Positions 28,842 through 38,712 of a DNA stretch of 64,000 nt are shown in pieces; positions within the stretch are counted from its first letter, which is position 1; each line of letters opens with the position of its first letter. The position numbers and the translations under genes were made by a program. The notes beneath the pieces were generated by a model. It worked only from the letters and a program-made list of their open reading frames with translations, did not search any database and was not told the origin of the DNA. This DNA comes from an uncultured Lachnospiraceae bacterium (GTDB lineage Bacteria; Bacillota; Clostridia; Lachnospirales; Lachnospiraceae). The DNA lies in NCBI GenBank assembly GCA_900539175.1, contig UQAW01000003.1:16341-80340 (forward strand), given 5' to 3'.

Positions 28842-30491
28842 ATGCGGATATATCAAGGTAAGAGTGTTTTTGGTGGAATCGCCATAGGGAAGATCAGCGT
28901 TTACAAGAAGCGTGAACAGCAAGTAAAGCGTGTGAAAATTGCGGATGCGGCGGCGGAAATTGCACGCTATGAGTCCGCAAAGAGCATGGCGCTCACCCAG
29001 CTTCAGGAGTTATATGAGAAGGCTTTGCAGGAGGTTGGAGAAGCAGACGCTGCAATTTTTGAGATTCATCAGATGATGTTGGAGGATGGAGGATACAATG
29101 AATCTGTTGTAAACATTATAAAGACGCAAAGCGTCAATGCAGAATATGCTGTTGCATCCACTAGTGACAGTTACTCCCAGATGTTTGCGGATATGGATGA
29201 TGCATATATGAGAGAACGTGCCGCAGATATCAAAGATATATCAGAGCGGGTGCTTTCTGTCCTGAATGGCAGCAGTTCGGAAAAGATGAATATGTCGGAG
29301 CCTGTGATCATTCTGGCAGAGGATCTTGCGCCTTCTGAGACGGTTCAATTGGACAAAGAGAAGGTATTGTCTTTTGTGACCGTGCATGGCTCTGTGAATT
29401 CTCATACGGCGATTCTTGCAAGAACTATGGGAATTCCTGCATTGATCGGTACAGCGATTCCGTTGGATGAATCCGTTGACGGCAAGCTTGCAGTGGTGGA
29501 CGGAATTCATGGTATGGTATATGTGGAGCCGGAGGAAGAGACTTTAAAGGAGATGGAATTGAGGCTTCGGGAGGAGCAGGAGAAAAAAGAACTGCTTCTG
29601 CAGCTGAAGGGCCGGGAGAATGTAACACTTGACGGGAAAAGAGTCATGTTATATGCTAATATCGGTGATATCAAAGACCTGTCCATGGTGCAGCAAAATG
29701 ATGCAGGCGGTATCGGACTGTTTCGCAGTGAATTCATCTATCTTGAGAAGAATCATTATCCGACAGAAGAAGAGCAGTTTCTGATCTATAAAACGGCGGC
29801 AGAGACCATGGAAGGCAAAAAAGTGATTATTCGTACCCTGGATATCGGAGCAGATAAGCAATGTGACTATTTTGAGATGGAACAGGAAGAAAATCCTGCG
29901 TTAGGATTTCGGGCAATCCGAATTTGCCTGACGCATCCGGAAATCTTTAAGACCCAGCTTCGGGCGTTGTTTCGGGCAAGCGCTTATGGGAATCTGTCCA
30001 TTATGTATCCGATGATCACAAGTGTATGGGAGGTAAAGCGAATCAAAGAATTGGCAGAGGAAGTAAAGGCAGAGCTTCAAATGCAGGAGATTGCCTATGG
30101 GAATCCGGAACAGGGAATCATGATCGAGACTCCGGCAGCGGTGATGGTCAGTGAAGAGCTTGCCAGAGAGGTGGATTTTTTCAGTATCGGGACCAACGAT
30201 CTGACGCAGTATACACTGGCAGTGGATCGCCAGAATCCGAAACTGGATATATTTTATGATCCTCACCATCCGGCAGTACTGCGTATGATCTCTATGGTTG
30301 TGGAGAATGCCCACAAAGCGGGAATCTGGGTCGGAATTTGTGGCGAACTGGGTGCGGACCCGGAACTGACAAAGGAATTTCTGGCAATGGGTGTGGACGA
30401 ATTGTCTGTATCTCCCGGAAGAATTCTGCCTATCCGTAAAACGATTCTTGAGACGGATGTGGAAGCGTATAAGAAGGAGAACATGAGATAA
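28842..30491 (+). CDS. ptsI: phosphoenolpyruvate--protein phosphotransferase (PTS enzyme I)
   Basis: The catalytic His region GSVNSHTAILARTMGIP and the PEP-utilizing domain are present. Confidence 0.93.
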   Translation: MRIYQGKSVFGGIAIGKISVYKKREQQVKRVKIADAAAEIARYESAKSMALTQLQELYEKALQEVGEADAAIFEIHQMMLEDGGYNESVVNIIKTQSVNAEYAVASTSDSYSQMFADMDDAYMRERAADIKDISERVLSVLNGSSSEKMNMSEPVIILAEDLAPSETVQLDKEKVLSFVTVHGSVNSHTAILARTMGIPALIGTAIPLDESVDGKLAVVDGIHGMVYVEPEEETLKEMELRLREEQEKKELLLQLKGRENVTLDGKRVMLYANIGDIKDLSMVQQNDAGGIGLFRSEFIYLEKNHYPTEEEQFLIYKTAAETMEGKKVIIRTLDIGADKQCDYFEMEQEENPALGFRAIRICLTHPEIFKTQLRALFRASAYGNLSIMYPMITSVWEVKRIKELAEEVKAELQMQEIAYGNPEQGIMIETPAAVMVSEELAREVDFFSIGTNDLTQYTLAVDRQNPKLDIFYDPHHPAVLRMISMVVENAHKAGIWVGICGELGADPELTKEFLAMGVDELSVSPGRILPIRKTILETDVEAYKKENMR

Positions 30492-30509
30492 AGTATCGGG
30501 AGGAGAAAG

Positions 30510-31259
30510 ATGCTGACGGAAAAGCGGTATGATGTGATATTGAAATTGCTGGAGAAGAAGAAAAGTGTTACCGTAACAGAACTGAAGGAGATTTTAAATA
30601 CTTCGGAGTCCACCATAAGAAGAGATTTGAACACACTTGATCAGGCGGGGCGTCTGGTCAAGGTCTTCGGAGGGGCTGTGACAGCAGATGCTTCTTTTAC
30701 GTCCGCAGAGCCTTCTGTGGCGCAGAAGGAAGGACTGCATAAGGAGGAAAAGCAGTTGATTGCCCGTTATGCAGCATCTTTGATTGAAGCGGAGGATTTT
30801 GTATATCTGGATGCCGGGACTTCAACTGGTCATATGATTCCTTATATTACGGAAAGAGGTGCGACTTTTGTCACGAATGCTGTGGATCATGCAAAGCGGT
30901 TGGCGGCTGCAGGTTTCCGTGTGCTGCTGATCGGCGGGGAACTGAAAGGAACCACAGAGGCAATTGTCGGAAATCAGGCAATTTTAAATATTCTGAATTA
31001 CCATTTCAGCAAGGGCTTCTTCGGAACCAACGGTGTCAGCAAAAAGGCGGGATATACGACACCGGATTACAATGAAGCATTAGTGAAAAAAACAGCGTTG
31101 GAATCCTGCCAGAAAAGCTATGTGTTATGTGATCATTCCAAGTTTGGAAATATCAGTTCCGTAACATTTGCTCCCATGGATGCATCGGTGATTCTTACCG
31201 ATCAGAAACCGCCGGAAATCTTCCAATCCTGTGATCATATAATTGTGATAGAAAAATAA
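30510..31259 (+). CDS. fruR: DeoR/GlpR-family transcriptional regulator (fructose operon repressor-like)
   Basis: The N-terminal HTH region is VTVTELKEILNTSESTIRRDL. A DeoR C-terminal sensor domain follows. Confidence 0.75.
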   Translation: MLTEKRYDVILKLLEKKKSVTVTELKEILNTSESTIRRDLNTLDQAGRLVKVFGGAVTADASFTSAEPSVAQKEGLHKEEKQLIARYAASLIEAEDFVYLDAGTSTGHMIPYITERGATFVTNAVDHAKRLAAAGFRVLLIGGELKGTTEAIVGNQAILNILNYHFSKGFFGTNGVSKKAGYTTPDYNEALVKKTALESCQKSYVLCDHSKFGNISSVTFAPMDASVILTDQKPPEIFQSCDHIIVIEK

Positions 31260-31320
31260 AAGAAAGCTTTCAATCCTGAGTATCTGAGATAATCATGGTT
31301 GAAAGCTTTCTTTTATTTTG
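31260..31320 (+). terminator. strong hairpin terminator after the fru operon
   Basis: A stem of about 15 bp (aagaaagctttcaa ... ttgaaagctttctt) is followed by TTTTATTTT. Confidence 0.6.
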
Positions 31321-31454
31321 TATGTCAGGCAGACTTTCTGTGAAATATTCAAAATTGGGCTATAAATAGGCCGTAAGAAACAATTTAAAATAATACTTAG
31401 GTTATATACAGTACGAAATTTTGTGATGCCTGGTAAGAATGGAGAATTGTTTAT

Positions 31455-32162
31455 ATGGCAGATGAATATAGAGATGTGGTAAAACATCTGAAGGCCTATC
31501 GCAAAGAGATGAGTATCAATCAGGAAGAGATGGGTAAAAGAATGGGGTTGACGCAGAGTCATTATTGTAAAGTTGAGAAAGGGCAGTTAATTATATCTTA
31601 TAAGAGTCTGCAGGAACTTTTGAAAAATAATATGGATATTGATTATCTGATTACAGGGAAAAAGTCTGCAACCAGTGCATTGGATCATTTGATGGACCGC
31701 TGTTCGCAGGACGAGCGGCCGGAATTGATGGAGTTGATTGTCTGGGCTGTGACTCAGGGACTTAAGACTTTGGAGAAAGAGGTACAGATGGATTATATGC
31801 AGCAGGTAGAAATTCTGCATCAGCATGTGCATACGAATAAACCAATCTGGTATATTCTGCGTTGGGTAAATAGGCTGACACAGGAGGAGATGGCCTCCCG
31901 GCTGGGTATGAATATCAAGAGATATCGAAAGCTGGAAAAATCTCAGACAGTGGCAGACGCGGCTGATTTTGCGGTTTTGTATAAGAAAATGGCTTATCCC
32001 CCTTCTCTGGTCATGAGCGGAAAAGCATATTCTCTTGGAACCGTGAATGAAATCTGGAATTGTCTGGACCCGAAATTGGCAGAAACCTTATACTCTTATA
32101 TCGAGCGTGGATTGGTTATTATGAAAAATACCATTGGCAACAGCGGGGAGGAAAAGAAATAA
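31455..32162 (+). CDS. XRE-family HTH transcriptional regulator with duplicated HTH domains
   Basis: Two HTH_3-like segments are visible (MGLTQSHYCKVEKG and LGMNIKRYRKLEKS). Confidence 0.5.
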   Translation: MADEYRDVVKHLKAYRKEMSINQEEMGKRMGLTQSHYCKVEKGQLIISYKSLQELLKNNMDIDYLITGKKSATSALDHLMDRCSQDERPELMELIVWAVTQGLKTLEKEVQMDYMQQVEILHQHVHTNKPIWYILRWVNRLTQEEMASRLGMNIKRYRKLEKSQTVADAADFAVLYKKMAYPPSLVMSGKAYSLGTVNEIWNCLDPKLAETLYSYIERGLVIMKNTIGNSGEEKK

Positions 32163-32259
32163 AAAGAAGATACACAGGAAACTGCAGAAAGTCAAGTGAT
32201 TTTACGGTTGACAAGAGAGTCTACACATGTTATCTTATTAGTTAAGAAAAGGAAAAGCA

Positions 32260-32555
32260 AAATGCTAGGACGAGGATTAGTACATCAGTATTTCGATTCC
32301 AGAAAGCTGCTGGGTGATGTGAAGCAGTAGAGAGAACTTTTGGAACTGCCCTCTGAGCGGCTGCCTGAAATTCTTTGGAAAAGTAGGCGCAGACGGAAGC
32401 CCACCGTTACACGGGCAGGATATAAGATTGATAGAATCCGTATCCCCAGAGTGTGTGAAGCTTTCACAAATAAGAGTGGTACCGCGCAGGACTTGAATAG
32501 CAGTCGTTCGTCTCTTACAGATAAACTGTAAGTACGAAGGGCTTTTTCTTTTGCA
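32260..32555 (+). promoter_or_regulatory. T-box riboswitch leader (probable Leu) upstream of leuA
   Basis: The conserved T-box sequence AGAGTGGTACCGCG sits at 32473-32486 (consensus AGGGTGGNACCGCG). A downstream terminator hairpin at about 32506-32540 is followed by GGGCTTTTTCTTTT. A candidate promoter, TTGACA-17-TATCTT, lies at 32208-32236. Confidence 0.6.
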
Positions 32556-32616
32556 GGCAGCGGGTGCAAGAGCTGCAGAAACAGAAATAGAATAGAAATA
32601 GGGAGGAAAATGAATC

Positions 32617-34278
32617 ATGATGAATCCGAACAAGTATAAGAGACAGTATTATATGCCGCCAGCAGGTTATCAGGAGTGGGTGACAAAGGAATATGTGGAG
32701 AAAGCTCCGATCTGGTGCAGTGTTGACTTACGTGACGGAAACCAGGCACTGGTAATCCCGATGAGTCTGGAACAGAAGATTCAGTTTTTTAAATTACTGG
32801 TAAAAATCGGTTTTAAGGAGATTGAGGTCGGATTTCCGGCTGCGTCAGAGACTGAATATGAGTTTTTACGTGCGCTGATTGAGCAGAATCTGATTCCAGA
32901 TGATGTTACCGTGCAGGTATTGACACAGGCAAGAGAGCATATTATCCGTAAAACCTTTGAGGCACTGGATGGTTGCAAGCAGGCAATTGTTCACGTTTAT
33001 AATTCTACTTCCTTTGCACAGCGTCAGCAGGTATTTAAAAAATCTAAGGAAGAGGTTTTGAAGATTGCCGTTGACGGTGCAGAACTCTTGAAAAAGCTGG
33101 CAGATGAGACTGAGGGTAATTTCCGTTTTGAGTATTCACCGGAGAGTTTTACAGGAACAGAGCCAGAATATGCGCTGGAAGTATGTAATGCGGTGCTGGA
33201 TGTCTGGAAACCTACGGCGGACAGAAAAGCAATCATCAATCTGCCGAGTACCGTACAGCTTTCCATGCCCCACGTTTATGCAAGCCAGATTGAGTATATG
33301 AGCAAGAACCTGAAATACCGTGAGAATGTGATTCTTTCTCTTCATCCTCACAATGACCGTGGATGCGGTGTCAGCGATGCAGAGATGGGTATCCTGGCAG
33401 GCGCAGACCGAATTGAAGGAACCTTATTCGGTAATGGAGAGCGTACTGGTAATGTGGATATTGTAACGTTGGCTATGAATATGTATTCGCAGGGCGTAGA
33501 TCCTGAGTTGAATTTCTCTGATATGCCGGATGTCTGTGAAAAATATGAATCTTATACAGGAATGAAGGTGGATGAGAGAAGTCCGTACAGCGGTGCACTG
33601 GTATTTGCTGCATTTTCCGGTTCTCATCAGGATGCGATTGCAAAGGGAATGCATTGGATTGAGACAGAAGATCCAGAACATTGGACAGTGCCGTATCTGC
33701 CGATTGATCCTACCGATGTGGGAAGAAATTACGATGCAGATGTCATCCGGATCAACAGTCAGTCCGGAAAAGGCGGAGTAGGTTATATACTGGAGACAAA
33801 ATACGGTCTGAATCTGCCGCCGAAGATGCGGGAAGCTATGGGCTATGCAGCCAAAGCACTTTCCGATCATCTGCACAAAGAACTCTTGCCGGACGAGATT
33901 TTCACGCTCTTTAAGCAGACCTTTGAAAATGTAGTGACTCCGTATCATGTCAACGGTGTTCACTTCAGACAGCTTCCGGACGGCGGAATTGAGACAGAGG
34001 TTACTTCCGGATTCAATGGAAGTAAGGAGATTACAACTACTGCAGTCGGTAATGGCCGTCTGAATGCAGTAAGCAATGCGATGAAGAAAGCATACAACCT
34101 GAAATTTGATCTTGTTACGTATCAGGAACATGCATTGGAGCAGAGTTCCAGTTCCAAGGCGATTGCGTATGTGGGTATCCGGAAACCGGACGGCAGCCTT
34201 GCCTGGGGTGCAGGTGTGGATGCCGATATTATCCGTGCAAGTATTGATGCGTTGATTACGGCGATTAACAATCGATAA
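32617..34278 (+). CDS. leuA: 2-isopropylmalate synthase, long form (LeuA type 2)
   Basis: The DRE-TIM metallolyase motifs are present (VDLRDGNQA, HPHNDRGCGV). The 553-aa long form carries a C-terminal regulatory domain. Confidence 0.8.
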   Translation: MMNPNKYKRQYYMPPAGYQEWVTKEYVEKAPIWCSVDLRDGNQALVIPMSLEQKIQFFKLLVKIGFKEIEVGFPAASETEYEFLRALIEQNLIPDDVTVQVLTQAREHIIRKTFEALDGCKQAIVHVYNSTSFAQRQQVFKKSKEEVLKIAVDGAELLKKLADETEGNFRFEYSPESFTGTEPEYALEVCNAVLDVWKPTADRKAIINLPSTVQLSMPHVYASQIEYMSKNLKYRENVILSLHPHNDRGCGVSDAEMGILAGADRIEGTLFGNGERTGNVDIVTLAMNMYSQGVDPELNFSDMPDVCEKYESYTGMKVDERSPYSGALVFAAFSGSHQDAIAKGMHWIETEDPEHWTVPYLPIDPTDVGRNYDADVIRINSQSGKGGVGYILETKYGLNLPPKMREAMGYAAKALSDHLHKELLPDEIFTLFKQTFENVVTPYHVNGVHFRQLPDGGIETEVTSGFNGSKEITTTAVGNGRLNAVSNAMKKAYNLKFDLVTYQEHALEQSSSSKAIAYVGIRKPDGSLAWGAGVDADIIRASIDALITAINNR

Positions 34279-34423
34279 GAAAATTTTTGAAAATCCAGAA
34301 AAATGTGTGCAGTAAAAAACAGCAAGAAAGAAGCTACTATAAATTAAGTTTATAATATTAATTAAAATTAGAGTAAGGGGCTGTCGGTTAGTAACAATTT
34401 TTAGTCCCATTAACAAAGAATAA

Positions 34424-34480
34424 GAACATTCCCACAAAAATCAAGAGTTTTTAATACTTGATTTTCTTGTGGGAATGTTC
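34424..34480. repeat. 22-24 bp near-perfect palindrome overlapping the transposase-fragment stop codon
   Basis: The arms are gaacattcccacaaaaatcaag and cttgattttcttgtgggaatgttc. This could be a terminator or an IS-end remnant. Confidence 0.4.
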
Positions 34481-34950
34481 TTTTCTGTTTCTCGAAAGAA
34501 CGGTAATAAAATTTTCATTTTCCTTGATATTGCCAAAATAACCTTCCGTCTGGAAAGACTGTATCTGACGGTTCGAGATCCCGTATGTTCGCATGGGATT
34601 TCTCTTTCCGTTCTTCTCATTGATTTTCATGACTTTCTTTTTATCCCCGTCTTTTTCGGCATCATATTTATATAAGCATCTGGCTTTGCGCTCACATCCG
34701 CTGCAGTCGTCGCATCCATACATCTGGAAGGTCTGGGTATAGCCTTCCTGCTGTCTGGTTTCTATGTGGATATGCAGCAGTTTTTTTCCGTTAGGGCAGA
34801 TATAATAACGTTCATCCTCATAGACTATCCACTTTATGGTGTAGTATTTACTGATATCTTCTACATACGCACGGGCCTTTCTCTTTTTATGATCCTGAAG
34901 CTTGATATAACCAGAGACCTCATTCTGTTTCTGATACAGGCGGAATTATG
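34451..34950 (-). pseudogene. IS1182-family transposase, C-terminal fragment (remnant)
   Basis: An open frame of about 165 aa ends ...YICPNGKKLL...CDDCSGCERKARC...TEGYFGNIKENENF. The Cys cluster and the EG-FG-K tail are typical of IS1182-family transposases. There is no N-terminal part. Confidence 0.5.
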
Positions 34951-35139
34951 ATAGATGATGAATATGAGGACTTTATGATGGGAACACCGAAAGGAGGAAA
35001 TCTTTCACCATTATTAGCGAATATCATGCTAAATAAACTTGATAAGAAAGTAGGGAAAAGAGACCTGAATTTTGTGCGGTATGCTAATTTAAGAAAAATT
35101 CTTCCTACTCGATCGGTTCGGGCATCCGGCAGAGTGTGA
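34948..35139 (+). pseudogene. group II intron reverse transcriptase/maturase fragment
   Basis: GTPKGGNLSPLLANIMLNKLD ... FVRYAN matches RT motifs 4-5 (GTPQGG-SPLLAN...YADD), but the YADD is degenerate and only about 60 aa remain. Confidence 0.45.
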
Positions 35140-35323
35140 AGGATTGGGGGAGAAAAGTTTTAACTTCTGGTAGCTATTGAAGAAAAATTATTGTATAATT
35201 AGAAAAAATGAAATTTCTGGGGGCAGATTTTTGTTTTGATGCACTATCTTTGGTGGGGCGATAATTGTGAAGATTATGAACCGTTATGAAAAATGGATGT
35301 ATGGAAGGGAGAAAGGTGATAGG

Positions 35324-36499
35324 ATGAGAAGGACAGGTGAAAACAGCCGTGTTTCCAGCCAGCATAACAGGGGTCTGATTTTAAGACTGATTGCTACAGG
35401 TCGATGTCATTCCAGGATTGAGTTGGCCAGAGAAACAAAGTTAACAAAGATGACAATTACGAACATTGTTGCGGAGTTCCGCCGGAATCATATTTTAGAA
35501 GAAGCAGAAGAACGGCCCAATGATATCAGAGGCCGTAATCCAATTACCGTCAAGGTTGCACCTGAGGCGCCGAAAGTGATTGGTGTATTGATCGGTAAAA
35601 CTTATTGTGAAACTGTGCTCTGCGATTTAAATCTCCAGATATTAGAAAGGGAAAAGAAAACTTTTGGTTCAGAATTGACGGAATCCGCTCTGATTGAGAA
35701 TATCTGTCATTTGATTGACCAGATGCTTCAGAAAGAGCAGAAAATTTTTGGGATCGGTATTGCAAGTATCGGGCCGATTGATGGAACCCGTGGAACAATC
35801 CTGAATCCATCTGATTTTTATGGTATTCAAAATGTCGAAGTAACAGAAGCATTACGAAATCGTTATGATTATCCGGTATTTATGGATCGGGATGGGAATA
35901 GTGCTGCTCTGGCAGAGGCTCTGTACGGAGAGGGAAAGGAAGATCACGATTTTATTTATCTGGGAATAGCGGATGAAATCAATTCTGCTGTAATTACAGA
36001 AGGAGAATTGTTCCGTAATCGTAAGGGGTATGCGCCTGAGATTGGACATGTATGTATTAATCCTCATGGGAATTCCTGTATTTGCGGGCATCACGGCTGT
36101 CTTCAGGCTTACGCGGGAAGCGGTGTTGTGTTGGAGAAGATGAAATCGGCGACAGGAGAAAACAGGACATTTGAAGAATTTTGCAGTCATGTTTCTGAGG
36201 GGAAGACAGATCAGATTTTGAAAGAAATGATGGAAGATATTTCCGTTGCTTTGGTCAGCAGTATTAATCTGCTGCATCCGGAATCAATACTTATTGGAGA
36301 AGAGGGGGTATATCTCCCGGATCAGTATCTGGAGTATCTGGAGTGTAACATCAATGCCAATAAGTTTATACAAGGCCAGTCTGATATTGCAGTGAAGCGG
36401 GCAGGCTTCCGAAAAGATGCCCGGCTGCTGGGAGCGGCATGTAACGTGATTCTGGAGGTGTTTAACGGTAATATTCTATTTCAGGCCGAGACGGAGTAA
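35324..36499 (+). CDS. ROK-family transcriptional regulator/sugar kinase-like protein
   Basis: An N-terminal wHTH is followed by a ROK sugar-kinase fold with CxCGxxGC zinc motifs (CICGHHGC). An AAAGGTGA ribosome-binding site sits before the ATG at 35324. Confidence 0.75.
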   Translation: MRRTGENSRVSSQHNRGLILRLIATGRCHSRIELARETKLTKMTITNIVAEFRRNHILEEAEERPNDIRGRNPITVKVAPEAPKVIGVLIGKTYCETVLCDLNLQILEREKKTFGSELTESALIENICHLIDQMLQKEQKIFGIGIASIGPIDGTRGTILNPSDFYGIQNVEVTEALRNRYDYPVFMDRDGNSAALAEALYGEGKEDHDFIYLGIADEINSAVITEGELFRNRKGYAPEIGHVCINPHGNSCICGHHGCLQAYAGSGVVLEKMKSATGENRTFEEFCSHVSEGKTDQILKEMMEDISVALVSSINLLHPESILIGEEGVYLPDQYLEYLECNINANKFIQGQSDIAVKRAGFRKDARLLGAACNVILEVFNGNILFQAETE

Positions 36500-36637
36500 C
36501 AATCAAAAATAAAACAACGTGTGTCTGTTAAAAAGAAATCGGAAAGTACATCGAGAAAGATGTTCTGTCCGATTTCTTTTTTAATTGCGTACGGGAACGT
36601 GTTTGAACAAAGATCCTGCGCATTTCGTTCGATTATT

Positions 36638-37342
36638 TTAAAGTGAAGCAGATTTTAGGGAAACCGGGATTTTCTGGTCAATAAGCATCAAATCCGGTTT
36701 CACCAGGCAATCATAAGCCAGGATACTGACTCCCAGTTCTGCTGCTTCCCGGAGTGCATCTCCAAAGGCAGGATGGGTGGTATCGTTTGGCTCTAAGTGA
36801 TCGATTCCCTTCATCTGAATGACAAAGAGAAGATAGGATTCGTATCCTTGTTTCTGACAGGAAATCAATTCCTGGATATGTTTGATTCCGCGTTTGGTTG
36901 GAGCATCCGGAAATCGGGCAACGCCATGATCTTCCAGTGTGACACCTTTTACTTCCATAAATGCTTTACGGTCACCGTCTTCAATATAAAGATCAAACCG
37001 GGAGCTTCCGAAAGTGACTTCACGGCGGATGACAGCATTTGCAGAGAACAGATTTCCGTTCGCAAGCCATTCCGCAGCGGCAAGATTGGGGGCTTGAGAA
37101 TCCATGTTGATCAGAGTTCCGTTTTTATTTACGGCTATCAGATCGTATTTGGTTTTGCGGGAGAGATTATCAGATTTCTGAATAAATACTTCGGTGCCTG
37201 GTATCAGCAGTTCCCTGCAGCGTCCGGTATTTTTGACATGGCAGATTTCAGTAACTCCTTTTCGGGAATTTAATTCAATATGGGCGATAAAACGGTTGGG
37301 GCGGGAAAGAAAGATCCCTTTCTCAATATGATGATAAATCAT
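36638..37342 (-). CDS. sfsA: sugar fermentation stimulation protein A
   Basis: The RPNRF...NTG motifs typical of SfsA are present. The start is set at MIYHH because an AAAGGA ribosome-binding site precedes it. Confidence 0.8.
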   Translation of the reverse strand: MIYHHIEKGIFLSRPNRFIAHIELNSRKGVTEICHVKNTGRCRELLIPGTEVFIQKSDNLSRKTKYDLIAVNKNGTLINMDSQAPNLAAAEWLANGNLFSANAVIRREVTFGSSRFDLYIEDGDRKAFMEVKGVTLEDHGVARFPDAPTKRGIKHIQELISCQKQGYESYLLFVIQMKGIDHLEPNDTTHPAFGDALREAAELGVSILAYDCLVKPDLMLIDQKIPVSLKSASL

Positions 37343-37550
37343 AGCAGTATACATCCTTTTTTGTAGTTAATCAATAGGCGATTGCGAAATTCTTCGAGAA
37401 TCGGTGTTCTTTGCGGATGGTGCCATTATACAGGAAAGAGACGTATGGATGCAAGTGAAAGAAAAATCGGATGTTGGTGTCTTTGTATTTTATAATTTTC
37501 GAAAATAAATAATATAAAAAATATTAAATAAATTTTGAATTATGGCAAAT

Positions 37551-37583
37551 GAGGGGAGTTCACGATGTCTGTGAACTCCTCTC
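37551..37583 (-). terminator. hairpin overlapping the M23 peptidase stop codon (probable terminator)
   Basis: The stem is gaggggagttcac ... gtgaactcctctc. Confidence 0.35.
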
Positions 37584-38660
37584 ATTTGCTGCAGGGTCTT
37601 TTATTTCATAGACTCTGTTGTAGTCTTTGGTTTCCGGATCTTTGCAGGTTTCGGAGCGGTTTTGTGCCAGAAAACGAGTCAGCTGATAGCAGTCGATCCA
37701 GATTTCGTTATTCCCGTCTTTCTGTGATTCGTCAAAAATCAATTGTAAGCCCCAGTGAAGATGAACCGTTTCGATATTGTTTACATTTTCAGTGGAACTG
37801 TATCCGGTATGCCCCATATAACCGATCACATCACCGGCCTGTACGATACTTCCTTCTTTCAGTGTCTGATAGTAAGGAAAATTCTGGCGTAGATGTGCAT
37901 AGTAATAGTACCGTTTTTTATCAAAACTTCGGATACCGATCCGCCATCCGCCATACTGATTCCAGCCAAGTGCTTCTACATAACCAGATTCTATCGCTGT
38001 AATTGGAGTACCAATCTGTCCCATCATATCATGTCCAAGATGAGGTCTGCTGTATCCATAGGCCCGTGGTTTTCCGAAATCATCATAATCATAGTATTCG
38101 AACCCTTTTGCAATAGGAGAAAATGCTTTTAAGCCGTATTTGGTTTCCCAGGTTTTTTCACCGTTTTCCCCATCAATCTGAATTTCATAGGTTCCAACCA
38201 TACCGTCAAGTACTGCTGTATAGGCTTCCAGATAGTAGGAATAATATTTCTTATCTTTGGTCATCTCTTCCAGTGTGGTTTCATGATTGATCAGAATTTC
38301 TGCTATGGTATCCATATCAGAAGAATGATAATCAGAAAAATCTCCCCCGTTTCTGCAGGCGAGATAGGCAAGCAGAGAGATCCAGTGTAATTCCACTTCC
38401 TGTCCGTGCGTTTTTACATCCCACAGATAGGCATCTTCCAAAGCCTGATAGCAGACGTTGAAGTCCACCCATTTTATGTAATCTTTCTGTTCGTTTTCCG
38501 TGTCCTGTTGTTCAAGATCGCTTACTTCCGAGTGTACGAAGACAGGGAAATTCAGGTTCTTAAGTGTATTGCCGATTCCAATGCACCCCAGGAGAAATCC
38601 GGACCCGAGGATCAGTACAATTCTTTTTTTCTTCCAATATTTTTTCAAACAGCTCTCCAA
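37560..38660 (-). CDS. M23-family metallopeptidase with N-terminal membrane anchor
   Basis: The HxxxD and HxH motif region is present (HLGHDMMG..., HTGYSS...VHLHW). There is an N-terminal hydrophobic segment. Confidence 0.78.
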   Translation of the reverse strand: MESCLKKYWKKKRIVLILGSGFLLGCIGIGNTLKNLNFPVFVHSEVSDLEQQDTENEQKDYIKWVDFNVCYQALEDAYLWDVKTHGQEVELHWISLLAYLACRNGGDFSDYHSSDMDTIAEILINHETTLEEMTKDKKYYSYYLEAYTAVLDGMVGTYEIQIDGENGEKTWETKYGLKAFSPIAKGFEYYDYDDFGKPRAYGYSRPHLGHDMMGQIGTPITAIESGYVEALGWNQYGGWRIGIRSFDKKRYYYYAHLRQNFPYYQTLKEGSIVQAGDVIGYMGHTGYSSTENVNNIETVHLHWGLQLIFDESQKDGNNEIWIDCYQLTRFLAQNRSETCKDPETKDYNRVYEIKDPAANERSSQTS

Positions 38661-38712
38661 TATTAGGAAATCTCATTTTATATTTACGCTGTTTTGTAAA
38701 TAATATGAATGT

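Noticed and set aside
33424-34437. 337-aa minus-strand ORF
   Set aside because: It is antisense to leuA, which has clear family motifs. This is a shadow ORF.
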